A DNA stretch of 54,169 nucleotides, counting the filler, from Sphacelaria rigidula (taxonomy: Eukaryota): the NCBI GenBank assembly GCA_964200075.2. It is 4 parts of 4 records of this genome, joined end to end, with 100 filler letters (N's around TTAATTAATTAA, not from the genome) between each part and the next. Parts side by side here need not be neighbours in the genome. Positions count along the whole stretch, not along the records: positions 40,705 to 54,169 come from CAXNAA020002867.1; 3 more parts are not named here. The stretch is one strand, 5' to 3'. Under the pieces are notes generated by a model. That model saw only the letters and a program-made list of their open reading frames with translations, had not been told where the DNA came from and made no database searches. A program made the position numbers and the translations under genes. Positions 49,450-54,169 of this stretch are shown piece by piece (positions within the stretch are counted from its first letter, which is position 1; each line of letters opens with the position of its first letter).

Positions 49450-52400
49450 TATAGGCTCAACAGTTGCAACAGACAAGAAACGTACTGAATAAAGTATAGG
49501 TATATGATATATTGCGACTATTGTCGGCCGGCAATAGTTACAACAGGCCTATACTTTCTGCAGTACACTTCTCGTCTATTGGATCTACTGGCCATATATT
49601 GTCCAGGGTGTGCATTGTTTATTACCTTTTGTCTCAATATTCACAAAATGGTTTTGAGCGGTCGGCCAAGTGTACTTATTTTGGGAAATACCCTTCCATC
49701 CAGGAAACACTGTGTGAAGACCGGAATAACTATTGCGAGCGGCGCTTTCGGAGACATTCAACACCTTCTCCTTCACTATCTGCGGATGTTGTACTGCTGA
49801 GATTCATGTCAACAGCTGTGCTGCCTTTAGCACCATTTGCTGCGGCACTGCTGCAGCTGCCTGTGGCACCGCATGCAAAATGAGCCCTTGCCCCATTCGA
49901 GGTATCCACATCGCAGCCGTCGCTCCTGTCTTCCGAGCTGCTACTGCTCATCCTGTGACGTTGTGTGCGGCCTTCGCATCTACGTGCATTTCCACGCCCC
50001 GTCAGCATCTCTCAGAGTGGTTAGATGCGATGTCACACTAGGCAGATCTACTGGAGCATAATCGCAACGTACGAAGAATGATTTGGAGTGTGAAGCATAT
50101 GTCTCAGAAAGTAACTGAACAACTGGGAGCGAAATCCGTCAGCCATCCCGTTTTGCCAATGGACTTGACGACTCTGCTTCAGGGACTATAGCTGTCGAAT
50201 ACCCAACACGGGTGGCCAGAGGGATACCCTAAGTAGTCGTCGGCAGCTTTATTCTGTATTTTGATTTTGTCAACGTTCGCAGCTGCCCCGCAAGCTCGGC
50301 AAAGTTATGGCACGCGAATAGTTGGGCAATAAGCCAGAAACGTACCTTGCGGGACGCTGGCATCCTCATTTTGTATCTAAAAGTCGTCAACGTCCGCCCT
50401 ACCTGCCCTGACCTTCCTCGTGTGGTGGGTACATTCACATCGCGCGGCAGAGGTTGCACAGTCGGTCAGAAGGGTCTTATTTTGCAACTTCAACTCCTGC
50501 TGTAAACGGTACCTGACCTTGCTCAAATGGCGAGTGGTATTCGTTGCCAACATCGCGCGCAATATGACCTAGTTTTTATGTCAAGGTGGAGCGGTCCTAC
50601 GTTGCTCTGACCTTGTGCATGGTGCGCCACTCACCCCTTGTGAAGAGCCTGTTGACAGGTGGTCGTTGGTGAATGATGGCGACTATCGCGCCAATTCTTC
50701 AAACATTAGGGCATCAATACCGCACCCATTTCGAGTATGATACACGAAAAATATGCAACTGATGCTGCTCAATGACACTGGGGTGTACTTGAGAAATGGT
50801 TTAGATATGAAGACCACTGTTATGACTTCTAACTGGATTAAGTGAGGAGCTTGGCCACTAAATAGCTGTACAGTGCGACGATCAATCTATCAATCAAACA
50901 ATCAATCAGAAACAACAACACGGTATTAAGGAGATTGCTTTCGCAAGACAGCTTCAATAATGGCTGCAGCCTGTAGTCGCCACTCATCACCATACCTGAC
51001 CGCATCATTGCTGTAGTTCGACAGGTAGCAGTACTGTGCTGAACGTAGCAATGGCAGCATCAGTGCAGCAACAACAGCAACTAAATAGTGTCATTGTGCA
51101 CGAAAAATCATTTGACGGTGCTTGCTCTACTCCACTGTAGGGTTGAGAAAGGTACGGCTGTAGAAGTGTTGTTGGACTGAGTGCAACATCCATCCATGCG
51201 GCAGGATGTGCTGCGATGGAGAAGATACTGTCGGATTCTGGCACCGTAGCCAGCTATTGAAGGCTAGCGTGTCCACCGCCAGTTGTGTTGACAAATGTAG
51301 CCTGCCTTGTGTGGTTGTGGACTTGTCGATAATCGGTGCTATGTCCTTCCTACACTGAATTACTGGCAGGGTCGTGATCACTCCGAGTCAAACTTGGTTG
51401 ATACGTCCTCTGCTGATGTGATTGGTTTACCGTTGACCCCAAAACACACCAACAAATCACAATATGCTACGTGTGTGCTGAGAGAATGTCGACTTCACAA
51501 GGGCTGGGAGCGACTCCTTGTTCTGCTAGATGATGGCTGGCAAAAAGAGAGAACGGCAATGTTTGTAAATATTCACGTCAGTGTTTTCGTAGGTGTCCTG
51601 TTCTGTCGCTAGCTATTGCGATAGCAAGCTGATTCTCTAACGAAGAGAAGAACGAAGGGGTGTGCGAAGATCATTCGACACTAGTTTAGACCAGCATTCT
51701 ATGATTGTTCATACTGTGACAGTCGAAGCAGATGTCCGAACCCGATGAACCAATCGACTTGTCACAACCGATCAGACTCAAGCACGTCGGAACTTATCAC
51801 CATAATATTTTTCATACGTTTCCTAGAATGACACAGTCAAACACGTCGAGATCTACCACTATTAGATTCTTACGCGTTCCGCTTTGATAATACCCTCTCC
51901 GCTACTGTGCATTCTCAAAGTTACACAGTGCTGACGGGAAGGCTACGCAAAAAACTCTCGGTGGACGAGGACGACGACCCGGCGAATTCAGCCGACCGCG
52001 TCAAACGGCGCTCTCTGAAGATGGTGCTGTAATCGCCGTGGCCGATTGTGGGTAAGATTTACCTCTTCAAACGATGGGGGCGGGCGTAGCGGGCAAGCTA
52101 CCGCGTGCGTGGCCTAGATGATCATGTAGAAGATACATGTAGCCTGTACGAATATCTCCATCCGCTGATCTTCCTTCACTATAAGATCTACGTTGCACTG
52201 GAACATTAATTGTATACGGTCTACAGTAGAGAGTGTTTACTTGAAAGATATGCCTGTTCGAAGGTTGGCCGTTGAGCGTTTCATGATCGACAAAAAAAGG
52301 CAGGAGAACAGAACGTTACAAACGCTTTTCCTTCAAAGGCCTCTGGCCACTAATCAAGAGCACATAGGCGCATGGAAAAGGGCTGCCGATGAAGAATCCA

Positions 52401-52768
52401 GTTCACTCACCGTTTTGCGTTTCTTGAGGGAAACTGAATGTTTTTAGGATGCCAGTGCCACTACGTGACAAGACATGACCCAAGGCTTTGAGGACATCCA
52501 TTCGTAGAAGTGCAAGAGAGTGGTATCGCTACCCTAACGCCTAGGGATTCTGTGTGCGCGTGTTTTTGCTCATGACTAGACCGTTGGAACAGTAAGATAA
52601 TGTTGTGAACGTTTGAACATATGGTCATGATACATATTTCCAACAAATAGGGCAAAACCACGGGGTGTACACCAAAACAAAACTACTGTACGATACAGTC
52701 CAGTCCAGTTGATCTGGTGCAACGCTTCACCGTTGCTCAAGGAGTTCTTGAGCTACGAATCTACGCAT

Positions 52769-53193
52769 AACAGCCTGGATCCGTTTTTGAGGTACAACAT
52801 TTGGGTGAGGTTCAACTCGAAAACAGTGCTTTCTCTGACCCTAAAGGCATGATCAGTGAAGTTCACATGGACGATCTCATGGCCCCCGATCTCCTTAAAC
52901 CTATTTCTGGGGTTGCCCGTCTCCCTTGACCCCAAAGCGTATGTGCGAAAGTACCAATTTTGGGCTAAAAACGTCCCCTTTTTTTACCCCGATATCGAGG
53001 CAAAAGGGTGCTTTCGCACATACGCTTTGGGGGCACGGAAAACGGGCAACCCCCCGAAATAGTTTCGAGGAGGTCGGGGAGCATGGGGTTATCCATATGA
53101 AATCCATTGATCATGACTTTAGGGCAGGGAAAGCACTGTTTTCGAGTTGAACCTCACCCAAAAGCTGAATCTCAGAAACGGATCCAAGCTGTT
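52769..53193. repeat. Long inverted repeat (~187-bp arms, ~50-bp spacer)
   Basis: 52769-52955 pairs with 53007-53193. TTTGGGTGAGGTTCAACTCGAAAACAGTGCTTTC and CCCCAAAGCGTATGTGCGAAAG are both perfectly inverted. Confidence 0.9.
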
Positions 53194-53431
53194 CCATGTG
53201 AAGTTGGCGTATGAATTGCCTTCTTCCAAAGAGCTGGAGGTCGTAATTCTTCTTCACCTTCTTCTGCGTTCTCTCTCTCTCTCGTTCCAGTCACGCTATT
53301 TCTTCCCAGGCACCTGCCGTACATGCTGCTAGCGAAGATCGCACCAGCGCTTCTGCATCCCGTTGACTCCCGTCGGGTTTTTTTGCTACTCGCGTCCTTC
53401 CGCTTTCAGTATCCGAAGCCATTCTCCGCTC

Positions 53432-53520
53432 TAAAAAAACGTCATCTGTCAGGATTCGAACCCGCAGGCTATATGGCCCTAACTGGTCGTTGACGCACCA
53501 GTTGACAACCGGGGCGCCGT
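53432..53520 (-). other. tRNA-like Pol III element (SINE head or tRNA relic)
   Basis: Minus strand CGGCGCCCCGGTTGTCAACTGG ... GCGGGTTCGAATCC TGACAGATGACG TTTTTTT: perfect B box, weak A box, oligo-T. No convincing cloverleaf. Confidence 0.45.
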
Positions 53521-54169
53521 GGCGGCTCTCTCTGTCCTGTGGATAGTGAAGCACCTTCCCCCACAACTCAGCTCATCATGAAAAAAACAGCCTCTTGAGT
53601 GTTAGAGTTCTCCCTAATCCGCATTCACAACCCACCTAAGTGCCCCTTGGTACACACGTAACTCCCCATGCTCAGGGTGCCGCTTCGCCCGTCGGGGTAT
53701 GTATTGTGCGAGTGACCTCATAGCCGGAATCCCAACAGCGGAGTTTGTGCTGGGGCGTTGGTCATGATCTCTGTGTGCTGTGTAGGTCATCGTGTCGACA
53801 CTACTTTTTCCCAGCCATTTTTTTATGTGCCCGTTTTGATCCGCAAAAAACAAGTTGTGGCTATCGCTTGTTGCACGCAGAAACCAGGGTGATCACCGAA
53901 AGTGTGTACAGTATACGTCCATACACGCCACAACGATGTATGGCCGAAAAAATGCGATGAAAACCGACCATCTGCGGGAGTGCTGATCCAATCCTCGAAT
54001 AAACGGTGCAAGGCAACCATCACGACATCGATTGGTTGATCCCTTGGGACTGCACACTCAGACTCGTCCGGGGGAGCGAGGGGGGGGGGGGGGTGGACTT
54101 TAATAAAGAGAAGTTTTCGAATTTCTCCCAACTTTTAGGTGGTGTTCTTCCACTTTTTTTGCTGGTTTT

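Overview
Eukaryotic nuclear DNA. The long repeat-laden GT-AG introns, C-rich acceptor tracts, heterokont-style targeting peptides and repeat content suggest a brown alga (Phaeophyceae); this is an inference. The window is not one locus. It is four contigs of nearly equal, descending length (1-13470, 13571-27038, 27139-40604, 40705-54169) joined by artificial 100-nt N44-TTAATTAATTAA-N44 spacers. Contig 1 has nested MITEs, decayed ORFs and a giant (>4.6 kb) exon encoding an NLR-like NB-ARC protein. Contig 2 has nine phase-consistent exons of a kinesin (end of motor, coiled coil, ~1,600-aa mostly disordered tail), largely missed by the ORF track. Contig 3 has a six-exon ANTH/ENTH-like gene with an unexpected signal peptide plus transit-like peptide, an F-box gene, a small two-exon membrane protein gene and exon 1 of a YggS/PLPBP gene. 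Contig 4 has no convincing intact gene but holds foldback elements, a Tc1/mariner-type MITE, a TGT..ACA hairpin element and decayed ORFs. A tRNA-headed SINE family and a ~100-bp TTAA piggyBac-like MITE family recur across contigs. No CRISPR array, rRNA or intact tRNA was found. All calls come from reading the sequence by eye; no searches were run.
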